From positions 124,001 through 188,000 of the forward strand of contig JAAOMT010000607.1 of NCBI GenBank assembly GCA_016748015.1: 64,000 nucleotides of DNA. The letters run 5' to 3'. Shown in pieces: positions 35,965-52,146 of this stretch; the first letter of the stretch is position 1, and every line of letters starts with the position of its first letter. This stretch comes from Geosiphon pyriformis uo1 (taxonomy: Eukaryota; Fungi; Glomeromycota). Under the pieces are notes generated by a model that was given only the letters and a program-made list of their open reading frames with translations, was not told where the DNA came from and did no database searches. A program made the translations under genes and the position numbers.

Positions 35965-36314
35965 TTTTTCTCTTTTATTGTTGTATATTAAGTAATTAAA
36001 AATTAAGCATTGAGTTGCTAATGTCAGAATATAGTACTGGTAAAAGACCCAGAAATAAAGGTAAATATTCAGATTTGAGAATAGCTTATTAGAAAATTGC
36101 CAGCCATTACACTAAAAAAAAAATTGATGGAATTGTGATTTAAGAAAACAATAGACAACAAAACACATTAATTTAAAGGTTAATACTTGAATCTCTGTCT
36201 ATTATACAAAGAACTTCAATCAAAATTTTCAGATATTACTAATGAAATCAGCTATTAAATACCAAGTTACAGATTTGTTATTTGATTTAAGACCCTAAAT
36301 AATCACCTGTAACA
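35474..36314 (+). repeat. 5' LTR of element B
   Basis: TGTTA start and TGTAACA end, followed by the PBS; GAATTCCA-type U3 repeats. Confidence 0.92.
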
Positions 36315-39300
36315 TTTGGTGCTCTCTGTAAGATATAATTCAACAAAGAACCAACATCAACAGCAATTATCTGAAACAATAGCAGAATTCAAAGAAATAG
36401 AAACAAACCACTTGGAATTTGCAAAATTTTTACTCCAATATTATTGCATTCATCTTGGATTAACAAATAATAATTGGCCAACAGAATTAGCTTTTAATTA
36501 TTATGTCAACAAAAGAATTGCATACTACTTGGAAGGTCAAGGAAATTCAAAATCCACTTTCAACAATTTCTTCAGTGAACTATTCCAAAGCACTACCTTT
36601 CTACAAAACTATTTATTTGCATCTTTAATCACAGAAATAAACAGAGAAATTGAAAAATACATCAAGCAAAGATTTCTTATCACTTTTGCTAACAAAGAAA
36701 AAAGAAAATTACAAATACCAGCAGAAATCCCAAAGCAAATACAACTACCCACTTGGAAGAAACAAAGATTTGATTCACCTGTTAATCCATCATATCACTA
36801 TACACCCAAAAGCACTATTAATATAATAGGTGTATCTACAGCAAGTACAATAACACCACTAAACAGAATCTCATTCCAAAGTAAACAGAAAAAAGCAGAG
36901 TTATTAGGAACATACAGCAATTATTTTGAGAGATTTAAATTACAATCCCCAACGTCATCAAAAGTTTGATCACTGTCATCACCACCAGATTTCAAAGCCA
37001 TCAGTCCTTGGGAATTAACTAACTTTGAAGAAAAAAATAGTAATCAAAAAATTAATACAAAAAACCCAATCTCAAAAAACCCAGAAATCCAAACTCTGAT
37101 TGTTTCAATTCAAAAAAATCAGAATAATCTCAACTTCAATATTATCAATTAGCAAAACTTATCTTCAGTAATTGTGATTGATCAACCACCAATTGAACTG
37201 ATGGCTGAACCACCTCAACAGCTGCAACTATAACCACAACAATAACTTTAACAGTTTCAATAACCAATTGCACTAATAATATATGTCTTAATTGCCAAAA
37301 TCAAAAAATTTATTGGTGAGAAAGATGATGCACAAATGTGGCTAAATAATATAAAAAAAGCTATTGCAGCTAACAAATGGAATAACAGCAAAATACTACA
37401 AGCCATTTCTTATTTTTTTCAGAATATTGCTAATTCATGATATTAGAGCTTGGCAAATAAATCCCAAAACTTTAATGTTTTTAAACTTGAGTTTCTAAGA
37501 TATTTTAGTAACAATAACAGTATTAACTACTTGGCCAATATATTTATTACTATAAAACAAGGAGATGCCAAAGTAGTCACTACTTATTTAGAATGCTTTC
37601 ATAGAAATCTGCACCAGATCCAAGCAATCAACACCAACTATTTTATAACACCACAAATTTTGAACCAGTTTATCTATGGCCTGTACAGTAGCATTTTTCA
37701 ACATATATATCCATTATATCTAACCGACTTACAAGCAGCAGTTATACATGTCAGAGACTTTGAATTAGTTCAACTTAAAGCTAACTATGTTCAAGCCATA
37801 AATCTTGTAATAAATGAATTATCTGACTTGGACTCAAAATTGAAACAGTTCAGTGACTCAATTAATCAGAAAATCAAGAAATACTTAACTAATAACAATT
37901 AGACAATATATCAACTGCCACAATATTATGACAATCCTAGAAATCAGTACCAAAATCAGTCATATTTCACATTCTTGTCAACTTGACCATTATGACAACA
38001 AGAGACACATATCTGCCACAATTGTGGTAAACAAAAACATATCAGGATTGATTGCCATATTAGAATTAATAATCAATAATCAGAAAATCAATATAAAAAT
38101 CCTGATTGCCAATTTTAAACTCCAAATTACTATCCAAATTAAGACTATTATCAACTCTATTACTTAGCAATAACAAAGCAAATATACTTATCACCAATTT
38201 ATCAGCCTCTAGCACTCATTATATATCAACCACAGCCACATATTATTTATCAACCTCAACAATTTCAGACATTGCTACCACACATTCCACTCAAATATAA
38301 GGACTGTAAAAAAAGCTGTCTTTCATGAAAGCATAAATCACACCAAACAAAAACTATTGGATGTACATATATTATTACTATAAGCCATATCACAGAGAAT
38401 ACTACAAATATCCAAAACAACAGGGAAAATAAGACAATAAATTATGTTTTACTTGTGGGGAAACTCTACTTGATAAAGAAATATAGAACAATATTCTTGG
38501 TCAAGGAGGAATGTGTGATATATTATGCCAGTACATGATTCTTATAAACAATCGAGTCAGTAGAGAAATGCCTTTTGATGTCATATAGAACTGTGCTTTA
38601 TTACATTTAGACAGCTACCCATATAATGAAGACAAAATTTGAAGAATGGCAAGTACTAAAGTCAAAGGTACTTTATCCAGAGAGATATTAAAAATTAAGA
38701 ATAATTATCTGAATTGGTAGAAACTTTTTTGATTTCCAATCCTGACACTTTTCTTAACATTAAAGCCAATTCAAAAGAATTCTACAAACACTACCAGAAT
38801 CTAGCACCCACTAAAGAAGAGCAAAAACAATGTTTGAAAGAGCTAAACATCTGACTTTGTAACTACTGTTTAATACTATGTGATTTTTAATATTGTAATG
38901 AGTGTAATCTTATTTACAATCCACCATCACACATGATTTACATGATCTCTGAAGAGAAAAAACCAATCAACAGCTGTGTTTTAGAATCAGAATCAAAGTT
39001 CAATCTTAATAACAATGACAAAAACAACAGTTCTAACTCAGTTCAAAATAGCAATAACAACCATAATTCAAACTCCAATTATAACTCCAAATAATACATT
39101 ATACTTTCTGATCTTTTAAAGAAGCAAAAGCTCAAATAGTTCAGTAATAATGATGAAGATATTATACCAGACTGTGCACATAATACTAATGTAGGGTTTG
39201 ATCTGAGATATCCAGAGAAAAACACCATCAAATTGGAACTATATTCATGTACATATATTGATTTGAAAGTAGCACTGGAAATTCTGACAACAATTATGAT

Positions 39301-42300
39301 CTAATTAGCATTTAAGAGTAGTTTAACAAAAAAAGAGATCAATATTAAAGGAGAAATAATTAATGCAAGATATGTAAAAAATATTATTGTAATACTACAA
39401 AATAACTTAGAAAAAGAATATATTATTAAACCAAATAAAAAGATAACACAGGCAATATTTCTACCTCTAATTAAAATAACTCAGTTAGTATCAATAAAAA
39501 AAAGAGAAAAATTAGAGATGACAGCAAAAAAGATAAGTGGATTCAGATTCATGAATAAAATAGATGTACCAGTTAACATAACAGAGAAAAAAGTTATTGA
39601 CAAGGAAGAAATTATCTTTACCTATCAATTAATTTCTATTTTGCTATATAATCAGTACATGTTAGTCATAGAAAGGAAAAGAAAGGATTAAGTTCAAATT
39701 TTTGAAGTGAAAACTACCATTTGTAAATCAGAAAAAATTGGATTTACCAATCTTTATATACCAGTCAAAAGCCCAAAACACATAAAAATTCCCATCCACA
39801 ATACAACTGAAGACATTATTGAAATACCAAAAAGAACTACTATCAAATATTTAAGCATTAAAGTAAAAAACCAACCACCAAACATTATTCTAAATTTTCC
39901 ACAACTATGTGAATATGTAGATATTACATCACAAACAATATATAAATGAGAAAAATATTATTTGCTCCAGCCAGAACAATTGAAACAAATGAACTTAGAA
40001 AATCTAGACCCACTATAACATATACAGCTCAAAATGCTACTTAATAATTTTACTGATATTTTTGCCAGTGAAAATGAATTTGACAGAACTGATATTATCT
40101 AGCACTAGATTAAAACTAGAGATACAATGCCAATTAAACAAAAAGCATACAAAGTACCATTAGCAAGCCATGAAATTATTCAACAGAAAATTAAACAGAT
40201 GTTAGACAATAAGTTAATTCAACTATCAATGAGTCTATAGTTGTTACCAGTAGTACTAGTCCATAAGAAGAAAAAAAAAATCTGCTTTTGTGTGGATTGC
40301 AGAAAACTCAATAGTGTTACTCATAGAAACAGCTATTCAACTTTACATATTCAAGAATTATTCAATGCTTTTGGAGAAAAAAAATGGTTTTCAACACTGG
40401 ATTTAGATAGTGATTACTGGCAAGTAGCCATGAAACCAGAAGATAAAGAGAAGACTGTTTTCACAACCAGAGAAAAAATTTTTGAATTTGAAGTGATGTC
40501 ATTTGGCTTAACTAATACACCAACCACATTCCAATAGCTTATAAAAATTATTTATACTGAACTGTTATGGAAATCAGTAGTGGTCTACTTAGATGACACC
40601 AACATATTTTCAAAAACATTTGACAACTATCTTTATTATTTACAACAAGTGTTTGAAAGACTGAAAAGAGCAGAGCTAAAGTTAAATGTTATTAAATGCT
40701 TCTTTGACAAAACAGAATTGAAATTTTTGGGACATGTTGTAAGCAAAGATGGAATTAAGACAGATTCAAACAAGATTAAGATAGTAAAAAACTTTCTAGT
40801 ACCAACAAACTTGACAGAACTACAAGCATTCTTGAAATTTGCTAAATGCTACTGCTGCTTTATTCAGAACTTCTCAAAAATAGCCCAACTACTTCACCAG
40901 TTTCAAGTCAAAAATATGAAATATAAATGAACAAAAACTCAACAAGAAGTGTTTGATATACTAAAAAAAAAGCTTATCTAAGCACCAGTATTAATTTATC
41001 CAAACCACAACAAATCATTCATTATCATTACCAATACATCAAGTCAAGCATTAAAAGCAGTATTATTACAAAAAAGACCAGATGGAAAAAAATACCCAGT
41101 AGTATATGCCAGCCAAAGTCTAAGTCCAGCAGAAAAAAATTATGGACCAACATTAGAACACTTAGCTATCTATTGGGCAGTCATAAAATGAAAGAAATAC
41201 TTAAGCCAGAAATTTAACATATACACTAATTACAAAAGATTGACATTAATTTAGAAGCAAGAATTTGGAGATAATTATCATGTAAAATGGAAAATAGAAT
41301 TTGCACCATTCAAATATATTGTACATTATAAAAAAAGAAAAGAAAATAGAAATGCCAATGGATTGTTATAAATAAGACAAATCTAAGAACATTTTAATCC
41401 AAAAATATAACAAAAAATGAATACACAAAAATATCAACAACTTCAACACTATATTAATATCCAGCAGTTTAAAGAGAAATTATCTTCAAAGAAACAAAAC
41501 AACATAAAACAACAATCCAAATATTTTATTACCTACCAAAATATATTATATTGAAAAAACAGAAAAGATTCAGATCAACCACTCAGAGTAATCACAAAAT
41601 TAGAGCAAAAAACAATACTATACAACATACATTCAAATCTAACAGCAGAACATTTTCATAAAGAAGCAACCATGGAAAAAACCAAAAAAAAATATTATTG
41701 GCTATTAATATATCCAAATATTATCTAATATATTCAAAATTGCAATACTTGTTAGAAAAGAAAAAGAACAAGATCCAGTAAACCATTGAGACCAATTAAA
41801 ATAAGACAATTATTCAATCACATTAGAATTGACTTAGTTGGACTACTAACAATCACCAGCAGAAGAAATAGATATATTGTAATAGCTATAGACTATCTTA
41901 CAAAATGACCAGAAGCAAAAACAATTCAAAGAATAAATGCAAAATTCATAGTCAAATTTGTTTATTAAGACTTAATATATTAATATAAATGTTTAGAAGA
42001 ATTGTTATTAGATCAAAGAACTCACTTTGTAAACAAAACATTAGCAGAATTAAGTCAAAGATTTGGAATTAAATAACCACTATTATTATTATATCATCTA
42101 TAAACTAATGGCTTAGTTAAAAGATTCAATAGAATACTGTATGAAACAATCATTAAAATCAGTCAAAAAAACCAGAACGAATGAGATTTATTTATATCAT
42201 CAGTATTATTTGCTTATTAGACAATAAAGCAAGACACTATACAAGCAACATTATTTGAATTAATATATGGTAGAACAACAACACTACCAGTCAAAATAAA

Positions 42301-42380
42301 AGTCAAGACATATCTAACTGAACCAATAATAGAAAACAATTTCCAAGAAATATTGTTAAGAAGAACATATAACTTAATGG
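36315..42380 (+). pseudogene. gag-pol: Element B internal region: gag, (protease deleted), Cys-rich, dUTPase, RT, RNase H, integrase
   Basis: Gag fragments 36316-38300; jump at ~38281 to HIPLKxKDC; RT VYLDD at ~40583-40597. Integrase is cut at TYNLM and resumes at 52126-52149. Confidence 0.88.
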
Positions 42381-45300
42381 TATTACTTATAAAGAAAATG
42401 TATAAAGAAAAATAATAGAAAAAACAGATAGACTAATAAGAAAGTAGTAGTTAATATGTAAGCACATTGTTCAGCAATGTTAGAAAATTAGGGCATATTG
42501 CTTAGCAATGTGAGCATTGTTCAAAAAATTATAGCACATTGCTTAAGAATGTAAGTGATCTTATAAAACCAAAATTATGTATATATAACAAGAGTATTAA
42601 AAGCAGAAAAAGACATCTCAGTTTAGATTTCATAAAACAGCCTTCTACATTACAAATATCAATAAATAATCATTTGTTATCTCAATCCACTTTTCACTAT
42701 CAATATTTTATGTTGATAGTAACAAATACATAACCACACTGGAACAATAGCTCTTAATCACAGCTATTAATAAGATACTAACTTAATTGTCTTGGCTTAA
42801 TTTCTTTATTTCTTTATTTCTTTATTTTCTTTTTTTCTTTTTTTCTTTTGTTTTCTATTTGTTTACTAAATTGATTAAAAATCACATGCAAAATTATTGA
42901 TGTTAAGAATAGCCTGGTAAAAGACCCCAAAAAAAGAGTATAAAGTTTAAAAATTTACAGATAGCTTATTAGAAGAGCATTTTTGTCAGATTACCAGCCA
43001 CCATACTAAGAAAAAAATTCAATAGAATTGTAATTCCAAAAGACTACTAAAACACTATTGAATCTTTGTCTATTATACAAAAAACTCAACTAAAACTTTC
43101 AAATCACTAAAAATCTTCAGAAACCAATATTATTAAATCAATTAAGCACTAAGTTATGGGTTTGTTATTTGACTTGAGACCCCAAATAATCACTTGTAAT
43201 ATTTGGTGCTCTCTGTGAAATATAATCTTACAGAGAATCAACACTAATAACAACCATCCAAAAGTGGCAAAATCAAAAAGAATAGAGACAAACCATTTAA
43301 AATTTGCCAAATCTTTATTTTAATATTATTGTCAACACTTGGGATTAACCAACAATCATGTGTTAGCAGAATTCACCTTCAACTTCTATGTCAACAAAAA
43401 AATCTCATATTTATTAAGAGTACCAATAAAAACTGACTCAGCAAGAAGAAATTTTTACAACAAACTAATTCAAAACACCAGCCTACCAGCAAATCATAAT
43501 TTTATAGCAATTTTTACCAAAATTAATAGAGAAATTGAACATTACACTCAACAAAAATATTCCATCACTTACACAACCAAAGACAAAGGAAAATTACAAA
43601 CACCAGCAGTAACATTTCAGAGAATACAACCACTAACTTGGAAGAAAACAAGAGTCAAATTACTAATTCATTCATCATACTACTATACACCCAGAAGTGC
43701 CATCAATATTTCATTAGCAGGTGCATTCACATCAAATGCAAAAACACCATTAACACAAATATTATTCCAAAGTAAACAATCAAAAACTGACTTATTAAGA
43801 ACCTATGGCAAATATTTTGAAGGATTTAAATTGTAATCACCAATATTATTAGAATTTCAATTACCACCATCTTCACCAGATTTTGGAATCATAAGTCTCT
43901 AGGAAGTAATAAAATCAGAAAAAAAAAAATAACAATATAATTATCAAAACCCAATTATAAAAAACCCGGAAATTGAAACTCTGAGTATTTAAACTCAGCA
44001 AAATCAGAATAATCTCAATTCCAATACTATTAATCAACACTTACCTCCAGTAATTATAATTAATCAACCACTTACTAAACCAATTGCTAAACCACTACAG
44101 CAGCCAATATCACTATAGTAACAACTGCAATAACCACTTCAACAACCACTCCAATAACAGCAACAAATCATAGTACCAATAGCATATACATCCATTGCCA
44201 AACTTGAAAAATTTACTGGTAAGGAAGACAACATGTAAGTATGGCTTAATGACATAAAAAAAGCCATCACAGCCAATGAATAAGATGATGCTAAAGCATT
44301 ACAAACAATTCCATATTTTTTTTAGAATACTGCCAATTCTTGATATTAAAGCTTGATTCAGAAATCTCAAAATTTCAATGTATTCAAAGTTGAATTTTTG
44401 AGATATTTCAGCAACAATAATAGTATTAATTGCTTAACCAATATCTTCACTACCATCAAATAAAGAGAAATAGAAGCAGTCACTACTTATCTAGAATGCT
44501 TTTGCAGAAATTTGTGTTAAATTCAAGCTATCAACACCAATTATTTTACAGTGGCCTAGATTCTAAATCAGTTTATTTATAGATTATATAGTAGCATCCT
44601 GCAATGTGTACATCTATTACATCCAGTCAACCTTCAAGTCACAATCACTCTTGTCAGAGATTTCGAAACAGTGAAATTAGAAGCCAACCACATCCAAGCC
44701 ATAAATCTAGTAATGAATAGATCATCTAAATTGAATTCTAAATTGAAACAATTCAGTAATTCAATTAATTAGAAACTAGAAAGGTACTTAATTAACAATA
44801 ATCAGGCCATATACCAATCATTTTAATGTTATGACAATTCCAGAACTATCAATCAATACCAGAATCAGTTATGTTCAGCATCAATACGACTATTATGATA
44901 ACAAGAAATATGTATCTGCCACTATTGTGGTAAACAAAAACATTTGCAGTTTGAATGTTGTAAAAAAATAAGTAATTAATGATCGGAAAATCAATATTAA
45001 AATCCTAATTGCTGATTTCAAATTCCAAATTATCAACCAAATTCAGAACTATATCAACCAAATTATTTACCAGTAACACAGCAGCCAATTTATTAATCTC
45101 TAATCTATTAGTCATTAGCACCAGTTATTTATTAGCTGTAATCACAAATAATTTATTAACTCCAACAACTGTAAACACTATTACAAAATTTAGTTCCAAT
45201 GTCATCAGTAAACCAAAGACCCAGAATAATTCAACAAAACTGGAGATCGGTGATAGTAGTCTATCAATTGATTCCCAGTTCTTCCAACTAAGCATTAGAG

Positions 45301-48300
45301 TTATATTCTTGGAATTCAAAAAATGAGTATACTTAAAACCTGAATTCTCAATATTATTTAAGTCTCTTAATTGTCCTAGAAAATTCTTATTCAGCAATTG
45401 AAAACCCAACCAGAAGCAATCACTTACCAGCAATATCCTACCAGCAATTATCACCAACAATGAATTATTAGCAGCAATTTTTTTCTTTAAAATCAAGAAA
45501 CCAGCAAAAACATATCTTTTTAGTGGAACTGCCTTTAATGTAAAACTCATTACCATGATGTATACTAATGCCAAAGCTGATGGTTAGTCCATTAAACTAA
45601 TCCTTAATAGTGGGTTAGCAAGCAGCATCATTACATGACAACTCATAGACCAATTAGATTACCAAGTTGATTACACTACCAGCATCAGAATTATTACAGC
45701 TAATAGAGTAACCAAAACTCCTATTGGTGAAATTGATAACTTTCTTTTTAAAGTTAATGGCATTATTGCTTTCATCAAAGTTTTAGTGATAGAAGCAACC
45801 CAATATTAAGTATTAGTTGGCAATAATTGATTGTTCAAAACCAACAGAATGCTTGATTAAACCACACAGGAGCTCTAACTCAATCAGAATGATTAGCACA
45901 CATGTGTACCAGTCACATATAGCCACTTTTGGATGAACACTACCCCAACACCACTTATAGAATTAGAAGAAAAAAAGAACAAACCTATCTGGAAAGCTTA
46001 TCAAGTGTCATGGACCAACAATGACCACAATAAGCTACTACTAATTCTAATTTGGAACAACAAAAAGAAAAAAAATAAAGAGGACAAACCTGACAAAACC
46101 ACAATTATAAAGGAAATAACTAGCAGCTGGAAAAGATCATACTCATATGAACTCATAAAAGAGCCACTACACATACCACTCAAATACAAAAACTGCAAAA
46201 AAAAACTGTCCTCTATAGGATCATGGATTACACCTAATAAAGACTATTAAACACATACCCACTACTACTGCAAACCATGTCACAAAGAATGCTATGGGTA
46301 CCTCAAATAACAAGGCAAGTAAGACAATGAACTATGTCTCACTTGTGGAGAACAGTTACTTGATGAAAAAATATGAAATAACATTCCTGGTCAAGAAAGA
46401 ACATGTAATGCCTTATGCCAGTACATAATTCTCATAAGTAACTGGATTAATTGTGACACACCTATTATTGTTATATAGCACTAAGCAATCTCTTACTTGG
46501 ACAGTTATTCACATGATGAAGATGAAATCTAATGAATGACCAATGCCAAAGTAGAGGGCACTTCACCCAGTAAGATCCTAAAAATAAAGAACAATCTGCC
46601 AAAACCAGTTAATATTATTCTCATCTTTAATCCAGATGTATTTTTAGATATTGAAACAGGTTCAGAGAAGTTTCACAAGCATTACCAGAATTTGGCACCA
46701 ACAAGAAAAGAGCAGAAACAGTACTTGGAAGAAATAAACACCTGACTATGTGACTATTGTTTAATCTCATATGACTTTCAATATTGTAATAAGTGTGATC
46801 TTATTTACAATTCACCACCACACATAATCTACACAATCTTTGAAAAAAAAAGAACCAATCAGCAGCTATGCATCAGAATTGGAATCAATGTTTAATCCCA
46901 ATTTAAACTTCAACAATGATGATAACAAAACTACTGGCTCTAGCTTTGTTTAAAATAGCAATAACAACAACAACAATTCAAACTCCAATTCAAACTCTAA
47001 ACAATATATTGCACTTTCTGATCTCATCAAAGAGCAAGAACTCAAATGGTTCAGTAATAATAATGAAGGTATTATGCCAAAACATGCACATAATATTGAT
47101 GCAAAGTTTGATCTGAGATATTTAGGAAAGGATGCCATCAAATTAGAACTATATTTACATACCTGTATTAATCTGAAAATAGTACTGGAAATCCCAGCAA
47201 CAACTATAGTTCAGTTAGTATCTAAGAGTAGTTTAGCAAAAAAGGAAATTAATATCAGAAAGGGAATAATTAATGCAGCATATGTAGGAAATATTATTGC
47301 AATGCTACAAAATAATTCAGAAAAGACTTATATTATAGAGCCAAATAAAAAGATAGCACAGATAATATTCCTGCCTCTAGTTAAAATAGCTCAGTTAGTA
47401 TTAGTAAGAAACAGAAAAAAATTAAGAATTACAGTAAGAAAAATTAGTGGATTCAGATCTATGGATAGAATAGACATATTAGTTAATATGGCAGAGGAAA
47501 AGTTATTAATAAGAGAAAAATTATCTCCACTCACCAATCAATTTTTATTCCATTATATGACCAGTACATATTAGTAATAAAAAAAAAAGTGAAGAATCAA
47601 GTTCAAATATTTGAAGCAGAAGCAATTATATGTGAATCAGAAGAAATTGGACTCACCAATCTTTATATACCAGCCAAGAACTACAACTATATTAAAATTT
47701 TTATCTACAATAAAACAGAAAACATCATAGAGATACCAAAAAAAACTATCATCAGATATTTAACTATTGAAGTTGAAAATCAACCACCAAACACCATTCT
47801 AGATTTTTTATAGCTTTGCAAATATGTAGATATCACATTACAAACAATCTACAGATGGAATGAATGTTATCTGTTCTAATTAGAACAATTAGAACAGATG
47901 AACTTAAGAAATCTAGACTTACTTCAACAAATGCAACTCAAAATGCTATTCAACAATTTCACTAACATCTTTGTCAATGAAAATGAATTTGGCAGAACTG
48001 ATATAATCTAATATCAGATTAAGACTGGAAATACAATGCCAATTAGGCAGAAAGCATACCAGATATCATCAGCAAGCCATAAAATCATCCAACAAAAAAT
48101 TAATAGAATGTTAGACAATGAGTTAATTCAACTATCAATGAGTTTATAATTTTCACCAATTGTATTAGTCCAGAAAAAGAATGGAAAAATTTGGTTTTGC
48201 ATAGATTACCAAAAACTTAATAGAGTGACAAAAAGAGACAACTATCCAACTCCAAAGATCTAAGAACTCTTTAATTGTATTTGAAGAAAAGAATAATTCT

Positions 48301-51300
48301 CAATGTTGGACTTAAACAGTAGTTACTGACAAGTAGCCATAAAACCAGAAGATAAAAAGAAGACAGCTTTTACAACCCAAGAAAAAAATTTTAAATTTGA
48401 AGTTATATCGTTTGGTTTAATGAATATTTCAGTCACATTCCAATAACTAATGGAAATTATTTACACTGGACTACTATAGAAATCAGTAGTCATATATTTA
48501 GATAACACTAATGTGTTCTCAAAAACATTTGATGATCATCTCTATTATTTACAGTAAGTGTTTGAAAGACTAAGAAAAGCAGGACTAAAGTTAAATGCCA
48601 ACAAGTGTTTCTTTGAAAAAACAGAATTGAAGTTTTTGGGACATGTCATAAGCAAAGATGGCATCAAAACAGATTCAGACAAAATTGAGATAATTAAAAA
48701 CTTTCCAGTACCCACCAACTTGATCAAACTATAAGCATTCTTGGGATTTACAGGTTACTACTGCCATTTCATCAAAGATTTTTCCAAACTGGCTCAGCTA
48801 TTACACCAGCTCCAGACCAAGAACACCAAATATGAATAGACAGAAAACCAGCAAGAAGCTTTTAACACATTAAGAAGAAAGCTTATTTAAGTTCTAATAC
48901 TGATCTATTCAGATTACAATAAGCCATTCATTATCACAATTGATGTATCAGGTCAAGCATTGGAAGCAGTATTATCTTAAAAAAAACCAGATAGAAGAAA
49001 ACACCTAGTAACATATACTAGTTACAGCTTAAATTCAGCAAAAAAAAACTATAAAACATCAGCACTAGAACACTTAGTTATTTATTAAACAGTTATAAAA
49101 TAGAAGAAATACTTAAGCCAGAAATTTGACATATACACTGATTACAAAGAATTAACATTAATTCAGAAACAAAAATTTGGAGATAACTGCCATGCCAAAT
49201 AAAAAATAGAACTTTTACCATTCAAATATATAGTACATTATAAAAAGAGAAAAAAAATAGAAATGCTAACAATTTGTTATAAATAAGACAAATCTAAGAA
49301 CATTTCAATCCAAAAATATAACAAAAAATAAATACACAAAAATATCAACAACTTTAATATTTTATAAATACTCAACAGTTCAAGGAGAAATTATCTTAAA
49401 AGAAATGAAATCATATCAAACAACAGTCCAAATATTTTATCACTTACCAAGATATACTTTATCAGAAAAACAGAAAAAATCTAGATCAACCAATCAGAGT
49501 AATCACAGAATCAGAGAAAAAAACAATATTATTTAACATACATTTTGATCTAACAGCAAGACATTTTCACAAAGAAGCAACTATAGAAAAAACAAGAAAA
49601 AGATACTATTAACCATTAATATATTCAGACATCATCCAATATGTGTAAAATTGTAATACTTGTTAGAAAAGAGAAAGAACAAAACCTAGTGAGCTGTTGA
49701 GACCAATTAAAATGGGACAACTATTTAATTGTATGGGAATTGACTTAGTCAGATCATTAACAATCACCAACAGAGGCAACAGATATATTGCAGTAGTCAT
49801 GGATTATCTTACTAAGTGGCCAAAAGCAAAAGCTATTCAAAGAGTAGATGCAGAATCTGTTGCTGAATTCATTTATTAAAATTTGATTTGTCAATACAGA
49901 TGCTTAAAAGAATTACTATCTAACCAAGGAACTCATTTTGTGAATAGAATATTAGCAGAATTAAGTCAAAGATTTAGAATCAAAAAACCATTATCATTAT
50001 CATATCATCCATAAACCAATGGCTTAGTCAAAAAATTTAATAGAATATTGTGTAAAGTAATTGCCAAAATCAGCCAAAAAAATAAAAACAAATGAGATTT
50101 ATTTATACTATCAGTATTATTTGCTTATCAGATAATAAAGCAAGACATTATACAAGCAACATTATTTGAATTAGTATATGGTAGCACAGCAACATTACCA
50201 ATGGAAATAGAAGTTAGCACATATCTAACTAAACCAATAACAAAAAACAATTTCCAAAAAACATTGTTGAAAAAAACAAATGACTTAATAGAAACACTAA
50301 AAAACAAATGGCAAAGAGCAGCTAATAATATTCAAAAGTTACAAAAAAAACAATGGAATAGAAAATTTGACTCCAAATAAGATGGACCATTTCACATAAA
50401 AAAAATTCTAAGAAATGGAGCTTATAAATTAAAATGAGACAACAAAATTTTAGCCAAAGCAACACATAGTAATTGACTGAAACCATATTATCATAGAGTA
50501 TTATTATTCATCAATAATATTCCACAATTGAGAATACAATAAATACTAATCCAATCAGATAAAATTCCATAAAATCTGGAACCAATCATAATTATTGAAC
50601 CAAACACATTAAATTGAACAACCAAAAGAGTATATAAAGACATAGTATATGTAATAAAAAGCAATAAAGAAAATAGAAATACCAGATCATATTCACACCT
50701 TAGCTCAACAATTGTTTCAGGCCTTAGGTTAACAGCAATTAAACATGGAAGTTGTCATTAATCACCAAACAATCTGTTATTAAAACACCAAACAAAAAGA
50801 AAAAAGTACATCATACTAGTGATCACAAAAACAATCAATAAATTGATCAGATAAAATAGTAGAAAAAGTAAAGAACACTTTTGGGAAAATAACTATTATG
50901 ATTTTAATAAAAGAACTTTTAAAAAAAAATTGGAAGCAATAAACAAAACAACTTTCAATACTATACTACTACTATCAGTTGGGAAAAAAAATTGAACATT
51001 CAAAAATTATATTTTGATAAAACCAAAAGAAGATTCAATCAAAAAATAATATGGAATATTGAAAATATTATCAGAAAGAAAACAAATCTAACACTACACA
51101 TTAGAGTAATCTATTGATTACACATGATATTTCAAAATTACTCAGAAATATTGTTACACTCCAACATAGAAACAATTACTATTAACCAATAAAGAAAAAT
51201 GAACAATGTATAAATTAAAGATATAAGAAGCAAAGTTGAACAAACAGTATTAAAAAAAGAAGTATTAGACTTAATTCAAAGTAAAAATTTTGATAGAGCT

Positions 51301-52125
51301 CAATATTAAAAGGAGAAAATAATGTTACTCATAAAGAAAATGTATAAAGAAAAATAGTAGGAAAAACAGATAGACCAATAAGAGAGTAGTAGTTAACACA
51401 TAAACATGTTGCTTAGCAATGTGGAGCAATATTAGAAAATTAGAACACATTGCTCAAAAAATCATAGCACATCATTTGGGAATGTGAATGATCTCATAGA
51501 ACCAAAATTATGTATATATAGTAAGAACATTAGAAGCAAAAAAGACATCTTAGTTTAGATTTCATAAAACAGCCTTCCACATCACAAATATCAATAAATA
51601 ATCATTTGCTATCTCAATCTACTTTCCACTATTAATACTTTATATTAATAATAACAAATACATTATTATATTAAAACAATAGCTCTTGATTATAACTATT
51701 AACAGAATACTAACTTAATTGTCTTGGCTTAATTTTTTCATTTCTTTATTTTCTTTCTTTCTTTCTTTCATTTGTTTTCTGGTTGTTTACTAAATTGATT
51801 AAAAATTATGCACAGAATTATCAATGTCAAAAATAATCTGGTAAAAAACCCCAAAGAAAAAGTATAGAGTTTGAGAATTTACAGATAGCTTACCAAAAGG
51901 ACATCTTTGCCAGATTACCAGCCACCACACTGAGAAAAAAATTTGACAGAATTGTGATTTTGGAAGGCTACTGAAACATTATTGAATCTCTGTTTATTAT
52001 ACAAAAAACTCAACCAAAACCTTTAGATTATTAAAAACCTTCAGAAACCAATATTATTAAATCAATTGAGCACCAAGTTATGAGTTTTTTATTTGACTTG
52101 AGACCCCAAATAATGACTTGTAACA
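42381..52125 (+). mobile_element. Ty3/Gypsy element C (full length, pseudogenised) nested in the integrase of B
   Basis: LTRs 42381-43201 and 51323-52125, PBS at 43204, PPT at 51308 and TSD ATGG/ATAA. Same domain order as A, including dUTPase (47074-47470) and ORF3. Confidence 0.93.
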
Positions 52126-52146
52126 ATAAAAACTTTAAAAAACAAA

